From assembly GCF_009914755.1 (NCBI RefSeq), contig NC_060925.1: DNA of 64,000 nucleotides, one strand, 5' to 3'. Under the pieces are notes generated by a model, which made no database searches, was not told the origin of the DNA, and worked only from the letters and a program-made list of their open reading frames with translations. Below, one piece after another: positions 30,179-44,769 of this stretch; position 1 is the stretch's first letter; the number at the start of each line of letters is the position of its first letter. A program made the translations under genes and the position numbers. This DNA comes from the human T2T-CHM13v2.0 reference genome, Homo sapiens.

Positions 30179-31754
30179 TGTGAATACATGTATATAAGTG
30201 GCACATAGAATTTCTCCCAACTTAGATTAGGATTTCGAGTGACCAACCTAGAATCAGCTTTCTCTCATATTTTTTTCTTTCACAAGAGAGATCAGTTCAG
30301 AATAGTAATAGCAATTAGTATTCTGTAAGCAGCAACCCATCTTCAGCTGCAGTGGCAGGATCCAAACAGCCTAAGCCAGAATCCATATGACAGGAGCTCA
30401 GTTCTTTTTATTTATTTATTCTAAACACATGTGGTCTCTGCAACTCAGTGGCTTGGGATTGTTATTATAAGGGCAGGATGACAATTTCTGCAAAGGAAAA
30501 TGGTTATTTGCTTAGCTAAAGTTTAAGGCTGCTAAACAGACTACTGTGAAATATAGAATTAGCTTATCCTTTTACCTGCTGGTTATAACAAGTCAGCTAT
30601 GTTCAACAGTTTCTCAAGGACAAGAGAGAATTTGTGCTGGCTTTCTATCAAGAAGCTAACTCCAAATAGACAAGAGAAACAAAAGCAAGAGCAGGACCAA
30701 TAGATAAAAGAGCCCTTGTTAGTGGACTAAAGCGGTTGCTACAAATAGGACAGCGGAAGGAGAGTTGGGAGGGGGAAGAGTGAAGCAAGGTCAAAGAAGG
30801 ATGATATCAATAGAATATCTCCAAATAGCACAGAATGCAGCAAGAAGTAGCAGCAGATGTCAGTCCAGCCCAATGTCAACCCCCGTGGAGCTATGTAGAA
30901 AGACTTGGAAAGAAACAGCATCGCTGCAGTTGGTATTAGGAGTAAAGAGACAGCAGATGATACCTTTCTCCCCATGAATTGAAAGCCATGACTTGCCACT
31001 GGCCACAGCCTCATCTCCTTTCTGCCTGGCCCCTTTCAAGCTTTTAGGGTATTTTTTTCTTTATTTCAGATCTTTACTCCCTTCCTTTCCTTTTGATTTC
31101 TTTTCTTATTCCAGACTCTCTGGCTGCCAATTCTGATTCCGATCCTCACCCCACTGGCTGTTTCTTGCCTATGCCACCAGGTACCCTGGTTCCAGATGCT
31201 TACTCTGGCCTCAGCAACATTCCAGGACTGATGATACATATCCAAGAGAATATATTTACTGCGGCACTCAAAAAATTCCCATCGTGATTTTAGACATTAC
31301 TGGCATGGATTGACTTTCATAACTGTGGAGAAAAGCCAAAAATGTATAAAGGAAGTCTGTTTTCAGAGTTCATATCCCTTAATTTTAGTGAATGGATGTG
31401 GGTGTGTTGAAAACTTAGTTTCTTAAGAACTGCCTAAATTTCATAATTATTTCATTTTCATCCGCTCACAGATGGCTTTGCCCTGGGTGTAAAAATTGAA
31501 GAGCCAATATAAAATGATGCTACCTTTACTCTGGCAGTTAAATTTTAAATTTCAAACATTGGTTTTCAGAACCTTGGAGAGCATCAAGCACAGCCCTCCA
31601 TTTCCCTCACAGGAGCCAGCTCAAGTGTAGGCTGATTTCTCCTGTAAAAATGTGAAATAAGAAATAATGAGATAAGTTGACAGTGAAGCTAGTAAATTCT
31701 GTAACAGAAATGCTTTCCGCAATGACCTATTTTTATAGTTTAAGTTTCCGTTGT

Positions 31755-32300
<546 letters not shown>

Positions 32301-32708
32301 TCTCCATGCTTTCAAATGAGTTGTTTCTGGTCTGCTTGGCAACAGCTGTAGTCACCAGTACTGCGGGTTTGGGGCTCTTCAGATTTGCCTTCTTGCTGTG
32401 GGTGAGGATCTGGACCGCTGGTAGAGATGACATACCCAGGATGTAAGGAAGCAGACCAGTGCTAGCCTTGGCAGTTTCCACGTGTGCTGGAGGAGGGGCT
32501 CCAGGCTAACTCGTCCACTACCTGTAACTTTCACTTGCATGCGCTTTCTGGTCTGCCCATGTCAATCGTGTTATTAGCTATTGATAGTGTTTTCCTGCTT
32601 TTCCCTGTGTCCCTCCCCGAGACAACTGGACCATACATTCATTTTTTCGTTTCACATATATTAGTTAAACAACTACTTAGCGGTAGGTATTACGCTAAAT
32701 GCTTAAAA

Positions 32709-32837
32709 CCCACTTATGCCGGAGGTTGCAAAATTTTTTTGTGAAAAATCAGACCTTGGCGATGACCTTGAGCAGTAGGATATAAATAACTCCCACAAGC
32801 TTAAAGTTCCAATAATGGAATACTAGGCATAAATGGC
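32709..32837. mobile_element. MER85 piggyBac-derived MITE (non-autonomous PGBD3 derivative)
   Basis: TIRs CCCACTTATGCC / GGCATAAATGGC, TTAA on the right flank, internal CAGACCTTGGCGATGACCTTGAGCAGTAGGATATAAATAACTCCCAC and palindrome GTTCCAATAATGGAA. Confidence 0.92.
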
Positions 32838-32889
32838 TTAAGATATGGTGATGAACAATATCTGGCCTTTTTCTTCTTAGGAGGAGATT

Positions 32890-33742
32890 TCTCACCATGG
32901 GAATCTTGATGCAAGTTAGATCCCACCCTCACTATTGAGAAGCTAAAAGTGTAAGACTACTCATTTCTCAGTCTTCCTTGCTGCTGGTGTCTGGCCCATG
33001 ACCTAGACTCAGCCAAATGGACTCACCTGCTCCAGATTTCACATTAGGATCTGGTGTTACAAAAATGCAGGTAGAGTGAAAGATTCTTTCTGGTGGCAGC
33101 AGTGGTAGCTGTAAAACCCGATTTCCAAGGTATCAAAGAGCAGTGGTGTTGGCATCAATGTCCAGTGCCCAGTGCTAGCATTGTTGGGGCTGCAGGTCGC
33201 TGCCACTCATGTCTAATGTAACTGCACAGTGGAATCAGCCAGGCTGGTTTAGTAGCATGATTGGGCCTGTGGTTCTTCCTGCATAGCTTCCCTTTGTTCC
33301 TGTCCCTTTTTTTTTTTTTTTTTTTTTTCTGATGGAGCCTCTCTCTGTTGCCCAGGCTGGAGTGCAGTGGCGTGATCTCGGCTCACTGCAACTCCGCCTC
33401 TGGGGTTCAAGCAATTCTCCTGCCTTAGCCCCCCAAGTAGCTGGGACTACAGGTGCCCACCACCATGCCCAGCTAATTTTTGTATTTTTAGTAGAGATGG
33501 GGTTTCACCATATTGGCCAGGCTGGTCTTGAACTCCTGACCTTGTGATCCGCCCGCCTCAGCCTCCCAAAGTGTTGGGATGACAGGCGTGAGCCACCTTG
33601 CTCGGCCGTTCCTGTCCATTTTCTCATGGCTGTTTTTGTAGCCCTCCTGGAAATTCCATATCATCTTTTAAATAATTTTTTCTTTTCGCGAAAACCAGCT
33701 AGTCAGTTTCTATTTTTGCCGCTAAGAACCTTGACTGCTTCA
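32890..33742 (+). mobile_element. LTR33-like ERVL LTR interrupted by Alu
   Basis: GAAGCTAAAA...ACTCATTTCTCAGTCTTCCTTGCTGCT...; end CTAAGAACCTTGACTGCTTCA. Confidence 0.6.
33307..33608 (-). mobile_element. Alu (AluS), full length
   Basis: Long T tail; TSD GTTCCTGTCC. Confidence 0.95.
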
Positions 33743-34642
33743 CCAGAAATTCAAATCCCAGATCCATCCTTGAAAAACCTTGGGCAAGTGACTTATTCTT
33801 TACATGCCTCAGGCTTCTTATCTGTCAAATGGACACTATGGCAGGGGAAAGAGTGTACACGAAGTGTTTTCATATCATATCTGGGACATAGTAAGTGCAC
33901 AATCTATGTTTGCTCTTATTGACATGTTTAAAAAATAATGAGGACAGGAAAATTCAGAAAGATGGCAAAACTTGTGAGCAAATCTCTTGACTGTAACATA
34001 TGCTACTCAAACAGGGAAGAAAATGACCAACTTTATTTTAAATTATTTCAGTAATTGAGAATATGAGTGCTCTATAAGGTGGCAGGCTTATAGTGCTTTA
34101 GGCTGTATAATTTCTTTCTCTCTTCATGGCATTAAATGAGGTTTCCAGATATCTGTTTTTTTAAAATCTCAAATACAGACTAGATAATAATGACTGATTG
34201 AATTTTTAAATTACAACTCGATATTTACGAATACATATATACAGATGTAGAAGGCTGAGGTATGAGGACCCTCAAAAATTCACCTATTACAACCTCCTGT
34301 GACTAGCTAGTTCCTAAACATTCAGAATTTAAATTTGCCTCTCCTGTTTGCAAATGTCTCCATTTATGATTCTCACATTTCCTGAAAAGAATTGAGTGCT
34401 CACCATTGTTCCAGGGGTGGCTGTGGTAGCCTCTCGTTATTCTTGTGCCTTTCTGTTCAGGAACTTGTGTCTTATATGCAAGCTCAATCTTTTTATAGTT
34501 AACAAAACTAAATGTGCTTTGTACTGTTTATTGTCAAAATCAGCTTAAACAAATAGATGTTAGTCTTTTGGGATATTTTGTTATGGAGAACTATGACAGA
34601 CATAGAGATAGAATTAATATAATAATCTTTCACGTGAAGCTA

Positions 34643-35107
<465 letters not shown>

Positions 35108-35485
35108 TAAAAAAAATCCAAACTTTAGTCCAAATTATTGCTTCATGGTTTGATATGGCTGTTATTTTTTTCTATATTACTTAATTCTATAATCTGTATA
35201 CCAGTAGTAAGTTGTGCAAACCTTCTGGAAGTTGTATAAGTACCTTGACTTAAGGGAAAATAACTAGAGTGTTAGCCTAGAAGCATCCAAAGGGATACCA
35301 GTTTTATTGGGTACCCAATAGTCTTCCCTCAAATTAACCTCTTTTCTATAACTAGCCACCAAACCAAAAGAGCTTGATGGGCAAAAGCCCTAATATGGAC
35401 AAACAAAACTGGAGCATGAAGATTTAAACAGCTGCAGGAACGGGTTGATTGGAATGAAAGTCCTAGCTTATTGCCCATGTGAAGA

Positions 35486-35924
35486 TCCTTCCTTCCTTCC
35501 CTCCTTCCTTCCTTCCTTCCTTCCTTCCTTCCTTCCTTCCTTCCTTCCTTCCTTCCTTCCTTTCTCTCTTTCTTTCTTTCTTTCTTTCTTTCTTTTTCTT
35601 TCTTTCTTTCTTTCTTTCCTTCCTTCTTTTCTTTCTTTCTCTCACTCTGTTGCCCTGTTGCCCAGGCTGGAGTGTAGTCACGATCTTGGCTCACTGCAAC
35701 CTCCGCCTCCCACGTGCAAACAATTCTCATGCCTCAGCCTCCCAAGTAGCTGCGATTACAGGCATGCACTACCACACTCTGCTGGTTTATTAAAATATAT
35801 TTTAAGTACAGATGGGGTTTTGCCATGTTGGCCAGGCTCGTCTTGAACTCCTGGACTCAAGTGATCTGCCTGCCTTGGCCTCCCAAAGTGCTGGGATTAC
35901 AGGCGTGAGCCACCATACCTAGCC
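35486..35924 (-). mobile_element. Alu with tail expanded into (TTCC)n(TTTC)n
   Basis: Pyrimidine tract at 35486-35643; TSD CCCATGTGAAG on both flanks. Confidence 0.93.
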
Positions 35925-36506
35925 CCATGTGAAGGTGCTTCTAATCAGAAAAAGAATGTATTTTTTAGGGCAGGGAGATGGAATGTGGGACAGTATTTGC
36001 AACAGAACCAAACATTGAGGAATAGAATGGCAAATGATTTTTTCTTTTTAATTAAAATGAGAGACTTCAGGATAGATTCACATAAACAATGAAGGGTTGC
36101 TAAGTAATAAGTTCTTGGGGAAAAAGGTTTCCCTTTAATTAAGAAACTGGTTTCAAGGGCTTCGATCAATAAGAGATTCCCTTCTAACATCAGCAGCTGT
36201 TTGGGGTTCTTTAACAAAATCCTGTTAGCCAGGAAAAAAAGGCGACTATGGGTCAAAATTGTGTAGGAATAACTGTGGTGGCACTTACAATTTTTATCTT
36301 TGAGCACCCTCAAATTACTAGGTTCTTCGCTGAATAGAATGCCTTAGTGATTCACATTTTGTAGTTAGGGTTAGACTATAACTTGACTTCTTACCTGTAT
36401 TTATTTGAAGTTGTAATAACTTTTATTAAAGTTACTAATGGAAATCACCTATAATGAAGGACTTGTATCTGCATATTAACTCCAGCAATTTGTTCTCATA
36501 ATCCTG

Positions 36507-36514
<8 letters not shown>

Positions 36515-36538
<24 letters not shown>

Positions 36539-36549
36539 GAGAGAGAGAG
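36515..36549. repeat. A24 run followed by (GA)n
   Basis: Read directly from the sequence. Confidence 0.9.
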
Positions 36550-37110
36550 TCTTTCAAAGGGTAAAGCCACCAGTTTGAAATCGTCGCTTTTCCTGTTTCA
36601 TGAACATTTTCATGTCACTTGACCAACTGGAGAAGAATGCAGCTACACTTTCATTTTCCACTTCTAATAAATGTTTAGATCCTAATTTTCCTTTTTATGT
36701 TATCTCTTGATCTCTTTATTCTTTTTGAGACTTATTTTATTCAGGTGCTTTTACTCGAAAGCTCATTTCTTCTTTTATTCCTGTTATTTGACATTTTTTA
36801 GAAGTATGGTTTGAAAATACCCTCTTCCTTTAGACAAATTACTTTTTTTAAACATAAATCTTCTTCAGGGTGGTGATGTGTCAAAATAGTGTGCAGGAGG
36901 TAAAAGCTCTGAGGCTGTTATTTATCAATAGGAACTGCGTGTCGATTTTTATAGAAAGATTTGAAAATTACCCATAAAGAACAGTGGGAGTCTAAGCTGA
37001 ATACAGATATGAATCCAAGTCAGCATGATTGCTGGGGAAAGGATTCGTTCAAATGCAATGCTAGCAAGAAACAAAGAAATTTGTTATGGCCTTAAAAAAA
37101 TTCTTGGTAA

Positions 37111-37487
<377 letters not shown>

Positions 37488-38139
37488 TGTGTATGGATTT
37501 TTTTTTTTAAATCTTCATTATTTCTGAAATTAAATACCATAAAATAAGACAAAATAGGAGCTCTGTAAGGTTCCTTGCAACTGTAAGTGCTTGCTTCTTT
37601 TTAGGGGATTCGCTATAGTGGTAAATGAAAATGATACTGTACAGAGAGTTTGCTATGTGTACCCTGTTATCTCACCCAGCATTCACAACCTGTAAGGTAT
37701 GTATTTTTACCCTTGTGTACAGCTTAGGACATTGAGGCTCAGAGGCATTGAATAAATTGCTAACATACTATGGTGGGAAGGAAAGGAACAGGGACTTGAA
37801 CCCAGGCAGGATCTCCTCCCTCCAAATTTGTATTCTTTCTGATCTGCATTTATTTTAGCAAATTGACCCTGCATTCCCTAAAGGCATTTCTATTTGTGCA
37901 TGCCGTATTCTGTTTTGTGACTTCAATTGATTTCCAGTTTTGTGTTTGTGTCACTAAGAGGACGCATTTGTCAGACCAAGCATGGATCATCTCCATGGTG
38001 GTGGTGGCATCATGAGAAAGTGAGGACTCTGTTGGGGGAGAACTGACTGAGCACTCCCCATGAGGTGGGACAGTTTGAGGGATTAACTTGCATTGTTTTG
38101 ATTAATCTTCAAAAGAACTGCATATTAAGTGGCTGGTTA

Positions 38140-38755
38140 AGCATTTATTCATTTAACACATTGTTAATGGTCTCTTATGTAATCAACGAATGAGACAGAC
38201 AAGATTCTTGCCTTCATGGAGCTCACATTCTAGCAGGGAGAAACAGACAGGAAACAAGCAAGCAACTTGTGTGGAAATACAGTGACAGGTTGGAAAATAT
38301 GCTGTCGATGACGTTTGAGCTGAGGCCCAGAGGATAAGGAAGTGAAAGACACATGAGAATCTGCAGAGGCAAAAGGAAGCAAGAGGGAGTGCAATGACCC
38401 CAAGGGGACAGCAGGCCTGGAGGGTTCGGGGACAGAAAGGAGTTCTGCGAGGCTGAGTGGAGTGATCAGGGCCGCAGGTGGTTCCAAGGGGGTGGACTAA
38501 GAAGTTGGCAGCCATAACTTACAGAACTTGCTAATGGGGGATGAGAGAAAGGGAGGAAGGAATGAAGAATGACTCCTAGGTTTGGGTGTAAGCCACTGAA
38601 TGGATGATGGAACCTCTATACTGAGATATGGGCAGCAGGTTTGGGGAGGAGAATCAAGAGCTGTTTTAGACGGATTAACTTTGAGATATTTATTAGACAG
38701 TCAACTAGAGATGATAGGAGAGAGTTGGCTTTATGAATCTAGAGATTGGGGAGGG
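38140..38755. mobile_element. L2 LINE fragment
   Basis: TTGCCTTCATGGAGCTCACATTCTAG and GAATGACTCCTAGGTTTGG L2 motifs. Confidence 0.7.
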
Positions 38756-38799
38756 GGTTAATAGTCAAAATAGCCCCCCCAAAAGACAACCATATATAG

Positions 38800-39105
38800 T
38801 AATGTGTATGGGTCTAATAACTACTATAATTTTGAAATTGTGATGAGCATTGTGATGTACTTGCTCTTTGGAGATATCCATAAAACTATAGTGCAATATC
38901 AAAACATCTGTGATTTCTATTGCTCAGAGGTAAAAGTCTTGCTAATATGACTGTAGTTTGTTGGATTAGTGGAAATAGAGATGTAATATTTTTCCCACCT
39001 AAATTCACAAAACATCTGTAATATTTTTCCCACCTAAATTCACAAAACATCTGAATTCTCCCCGTGAGCCTCTTGTGGGTCTCTGGACCCCAGGTTAAGA
39101 ATCTG
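38800..39105. mobile_element. hAT DNA transposon end fragment (MER/Charlie type)
   Basis: Ends in GGACCCCAGGTTAAGAA, a hAT terminal motif; subfamily not certain. Confidence 0.65.
38982..39053. repeat. Perfect 35-bp tandem duplication
   Basis: TGTAATATTTTTCCCACCTAAATTCACAAAACATC at 38982-39016 and 39017-39051. Confidence 0.97.
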
Positions 39106-39111
39106 GTTTTT

Positions 39112-39423
39112 ATCATTGTTTTCAGTAAACTAACACAGGAACAGAAAACCAAACACTGCATGTCCTCACTCATAAATGGGAGTTGAACAATGAGAACACA
39201 CGGACACAGGGAGGGGAACATCACACACTGGGGCCTGTAGGGAGGTCGGGGGTAAGGGGAGGGAGAGCATTAGGATAAATACCTAATACATGTGGGGCTT
39301 AAAACCTAGATGAAGGGTTGATGGGTGAAGCAAACCACCATGGCACATGTATACCTATGTAACAAACCTGCACGTTCTGCACATGTATCCCAGAACTTAA
39401 AGTAAAATTAAAAAAAAAAAAAA
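39112..39423 (+). mobile_element. 5'-truncated L1PA (approx. L1PA7-10) 3' end
   Basis: CAGGAACAGAAAACCAAACAC...GGGGCTTAAAACCTAGATGA...GCACATGTATCCCAGAACTTAAAGTAAAAT followed by poly-A. Confidence 0.95.
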
Positions 39424-39647
39424 CTTTAACAATGTTATACTAGTAATAAAAGGATTAGCCATGGCAAAAAAAAACAAAAAAACAAACAAACAAAAAAAAA
39501 AAACAAAGAAAGAAAGGTAGTCTTCAATGTGTGACAGTTCCAACCTCATCACAAATAAATAAATAAATACATCAAAATCTGGCTTTTTTAAGAGCAAGGA
39601 AAGATACTTCTTCCATTATAACTGGGGTGATAGAAAAGATGGGAACT

Positions 39648-40099
39648 GGCTGGGCACAATGGCTCAGGCCTGTAATCCTAGCACTTTAGGAGGCCGAAGT
39701 GGGAGGATCACTTGAGCCCAGAAGTTCAAGACCAGCCTGTGCAACATAGAGAGACCCCCATCTCTATCCCCCACAAAAATAACCCCAAACAAAAGTTAGC
39801 CAGGCATGGAGGCACATGCCTATATTCCTAGCTACTCAGGAGGCTGAAGTGGGAGGATCACTAGAGGCCAGGAGTTTGAAGCTACAGTGAGCCAAGTTTG
39901 TGCCATTGTACTCCAGCCTAAGGGACAGAGCCAGACCCTGTCTCTATGAAGGAAAGAAGGAAGGAAGGAAGGGAAGGAGAAAAGAGAGAAAGAGAAAAAG
40001 AAAGAGAGGAAAAGAGAAAAGAAAAGAAAGAAAGAAAAAAAAGAAAGAAAGAAAAAGAAAGAAAGAAAGGGAAAAGAAAAAAAGGAAAGGAAAAGAAAA
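39648..40099 (+). mobile_element. AluJ with tail expanded into a (GGAA)/(GAAA)n purine tract
   Basis: Alu body 39648-39945, purine tract to about 40099; TSD AAAAGATGGGAACT / AAAAGCTGGGAACT. Confidence 0.93.
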
Positions 40100-40941
40100 G
40101 CTGGGAACTGATGAATGCCAGTTTATAGATTTGGTGGCTTCTAGTTTCTCTAGGAAGGCAAGGTCATCAGCTGAGGGTAGGGAGGGAGGAAAGGGGTAAA
40201 GAGGTGGGAGGTATAAAACGCTCAGCTCTGACGGGGAATGTCAACTTTTAGGGGAGAGTAACAGGCTTTCCAGGCTGTACATGACTGTCATTAAGAATAG
40301 GATGGGTTCAGAAGGCAGTCATCTGTGGTTTGAATCCAGGCTCTGTCTTTTTTTACTGTATGACCTTGACAATGTTATTTAATATGACCTTATGTGCCTC
40401 CATGTCCTCATCTTGAGAATCAACGTAGTCTTTGTACCTACTACATAGAGTTGTACTCTATTAAAACAGTTAATACAAATCAAGCACTTGAATTGTGCCT
40501 GAGATGAGCTAAGTGTGTACTAAATGCCAATCTTTATTTTTAATAGGACATTGATTCAAAAGATACTTATGAGGGAGAACTGGCAAGTCTTGGAGATTAA
40601 TTTGGTAGAAGAGATGGATAGGAAGGAGTCAAGACGGTTTGTCTGAATAACCTAGAGGATGGTGGTGCCATGCTTGGTCAAGGAGAATAGTGGAAGAGCA
40701 GGCTTATGGTAGTGGGTGATGCGCTCACAGTGGATGATGTGGCCAGTGAGCCACTGCACAGACAGACAATGCACTCCAGGACCCCAAATACTGAGGCCTA
40801 CAGTCCCACAGTGGCTCCCCTCTGTTCATAGTCATGGCTTTGGAGTTTGTTTTAATGGCTTCATTGGAAGCACACTCTATTTTTTTTTTCCTATTCTAGT
40901 CCATCCCTGTTCAGGTTAGATATGAAGAAACTAAACATTGA

Positions 40942-41271
<330 letters not shown>

Positions 41272-41363
41272 TGATGTAGTCGTTGGAATTTTATTTCAAG
41301 ATACAAATATCATTTACACAAGATCAGACAGTTGGTTTTAAAAAAGTTAGCTCTGTAGGAAGA

Positions 41364-41811
41364 TATTATGGGTTGAATTGTGTCCCCTTAAAAGATATGT
41401 GGAAGTCTTAATCCCTAGCCCATCAAAATGTGACCTTACTTGGAATAGGGTTGTTGTAGTTGTAATTACTTAAGGTGAGGTCATACTAGAGTAGGATGGA
41501 CCCTTAATCCAATATGGCTGGTGTCCTTACAAGAAAAGCAGAGAAACACATGAGGAAAAGATAGGCATGTGGTGATGAAGCCAGAGACTGAAATGATGTA
41601 TCGACCAACCAAGGAATGCCAAGGACTGCCAACCAACACCAGGAGTTAAAAGATGCGAGAAGGATTCTCCCCTATCTGTGTTGGGGAGCATGGCACTGTG
41701 AACACCCTTCATCAGATTTCTAGCCTCCAGAATCTTGAGGCAATATATTTCTGTTGTTTTAACCCACCCAGTTTGTGGTACTTTGTTACTATAGTCCTGG
41801 GAGACAAATAT
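41364..41811 (+). mobile_element. MLT1C-like MaLR LTR
   Basis: TATGGGTTGAATTGTGTCCCC...CCAAGGAATGCCAAGGA...CCCAGTTTGTGGTACTTTGTTAC. Confidence 0.88.
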
Positions 41812-41849
41812 AGTATATATTTCTGATTTTCACAATATCATTTGTATTC

Positions 41850-42294
<445 letters not shown>

Positions 42295-42692
42295 ATTTTG
42301 TTGTTTCTTTTAAAAAAATGATCTTTGGCTTGTTTCAGTGACATTTAGAATCTTCCAATAGTGAGGTCATACCTCCAGAAGCAGTGACTTAAATCTGTGT
42401 TGAATTTCTTTTCCCTCTTTTAAAGCATCCCAAACTAGCTCTGATCAAGGTGGTATCAGATTGTGTCTTTCCTAAGCAGCTCTGTGGTTGCCATGTATTT
42501 GGCATCTGCGATAGAACAAGTAAAGGTAGAGTCCTCTGGTGGAAAAGGACCTTGGTCCCTCAGCCCCCACAGCAGCTTCTGGGAGCTCGGTTTAAACATC
42601 ACTGCTCTGGGGGGATTTTATCAGCAGGGTCAACACACAGAGACAGTGTACAACATTCAAAACCTCTGCAGCAAGGGATTTATAGAAAAGGT

Positions 42693-42818
42693 GTTTTTCT
42701 TTTTCTTTTTTTTTGAAGTCTTTTTTTTATTATACTTTAAGTTTTAGGGTACATGTGCACAACGTGCAGGCTAGTTACATATGTATACATGTGCCATGTT
42801 GGTGTGCTGCACCCATTA
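42693..42818 (-). mobile_element. Ultra-short (about 90 bp) L1PA 3' end with tail
   Basis: TTATTATACTTTAAGTTTTAGGGTACATGTGCACAACGTGCAGG...GCACCCATTA; TSD TAGAAAAGGT at 42683-42692 and 42817-42826. Confidence 0.93.
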
Positions 42819-43299
42819 GAAAAGGTCTCTTCATTTCAAACCCAGAAGGAAGTCAAGGGTAAAACATAAAAGCATAACCCAGGAAAGGCATTTCTGTGGA
42901 GTGCTCGTTGAATGAGGTTTGTGCAGAGCTAATGATCTTACCACTGTGCAGTAAAGACGTGCTAAGCACACCTGCAGGATCAAGTGGTCAGCAAACCGCC
43001 TGGACTGTCCTCTGTGAATATCACTTCTCTTGGATAGGCATTGGCCAAGCATGGGATAACAGCACTTTTCAGTTAAATTCCCCAGTGTGAACCTAAGACC
43101 CGTGGACTCTCTGTTGTTGACTGAAGGACATGCTTATGCATGGGTACCTGACACCCATGTGGCAAGATTCTCATTCCATGATGAAAGTCACATAGCAGGA
43201 TGAGTATTCTCGCCTCCTTGGAGGACTTGTCCTGCCTTTGAGTCAGAAGCTGCTCTCATCAATTATTAAGGAGAAAGAGAAATTTGTTTTTTCCTCAAA

Positions 43300-43885
43300 A
43301 ATCAATATTTCAATTTTCTTTATTACTCATATAATAGGTATTCATTGGTGATACATTGGAAAATATGGAAACACAGGACAACATAAAACTCATTCACAGC
43401 CTTTAAGCACAGCTAACATTTTACACGCTCTTCCAGACATATTTCCTTATACTTTTTTTTTCAAAAAAGGTACTGTGATATGCAAATTTGCTTTCTTTCT
43501 GTTACCAATATGTCGCCAACAGTTTTCGTTTGTGTGGATTACTGTAACATTTCTAAACAGTTCCCTATTGATGGGCATGTGGATCTGTTTCCATTCTTTA
43601 GGTATTAAGAACAGCACATTGACCCTTCTTCTATCCAAGTTATCTGGCATATTGTAAATTATGATCTTAGGATAAAACTCCATAAATAGAACTATTGGGT
43701 CAAAAATACACATATTTTGAGGCATTTGATAAGTATTTCCAAATCATCTCTTAAGTGCACTCCCACCAGCAATATATGACATGGCACATTCTACATCATT
43801 AGATCTTACCTCCACTCCCTGTTTCATAGGTGAAATCTGATATCTCTGTGCTGTTTCATTTCTTTAATCTGTAATGAAATTGAAA
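43300..43885 (-). mobile_element. Old L1ME fragments
   Basis: CCCTATTGATGGGCAT, ACTATTGGGTCAAA and CACTCCCACCAGCAATAT L1 3' motifs. Confidence 0.65.
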
Positions 43886-44769
43886 CGTCCCCCTCTCCCT
43901 GCTCCAACATATTCAACACAGTTTTCTGACTCATGCTCTAAAATCTTTACAAATCTCCCTGAACTTTCCGGATTTTGTTTCCTGCCTTGTTGTTTTCAGA
44001 ATTATTACGTTATTCCCAGGTATGCAGCATATTACTTCCGGTATTTTCCAGAATACCAAGGAGATCATTTGTCATCTGTTAATAACCCCCTCTTTCATCC
44101 CTGTTTTTCACACCTTGGCTTTTAAACCCCCTTCTCAGAGGTAGGGATTCTTCCTCAGTTCCTTGAGGGGAAAGTGGAGCTGGTGGAGGTGAGAGCGCTC
44201 ATTGAACCTGCATCCTTACTGAAGCAAGAGAACTTCCACCCGGGCCAGGTTTGCTGGTGGAAAATGCTCTGATAAACGAAACCGTCTCTTCCACGTCTTC
44301 TCCATTTGACTGGCGTGTGAACTCGTTGCTCTCGCTAAATGAGGCCGCTGAGATGGAAACATAGATGTGTTTACGGCAGGGTGGCAGTGCAGGTAACAGG
44401 GAAGTCCTTGCTAGGGACATCAGCAACTTGCAGCTTAGTGGTGGAGAAAGCGCGCTCTGGAGGCCTGGTTCCACATCCAGTGCCCCCTGGGCTCGTGTGT
44501 GCCTCAGTTTCCTCATCTGCAAAATGTACCTACTTCACAGAGTCTTTACAATTCAGCCACTCCCTGCAAGGCTGTTATAGCCTGGTGCATTGAAAAGTGC
44601 GAAGAGAATGGAAAAGGAGAGAAGGGCGGGGAAGGGAGGGCTTAAAAAGTGGGGGAGAGCCTGGGTAGAACAGAGAAGCGAGCAAGAACAGGTGGGAAGA
44701 AAAACAGCAGCCTGATCCGTCTTGCTTTTCCCTTTTCTCCATGCAGCCAGCACTTTTCCTTCTCACTCT

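Noticed and set aside
32709-32837. Possible snoRNA or small RNA gene (GATGA-containing motif, paired termini)
   Set aside because: Sequence, TIRs and TTAA flank identify it as MER85
38982-39053. 35-bp direct repeat as a CRISPR-like array
   Set aside because: Only two abutting copies, no spacers and no cas genes, in eukaryotic DNA
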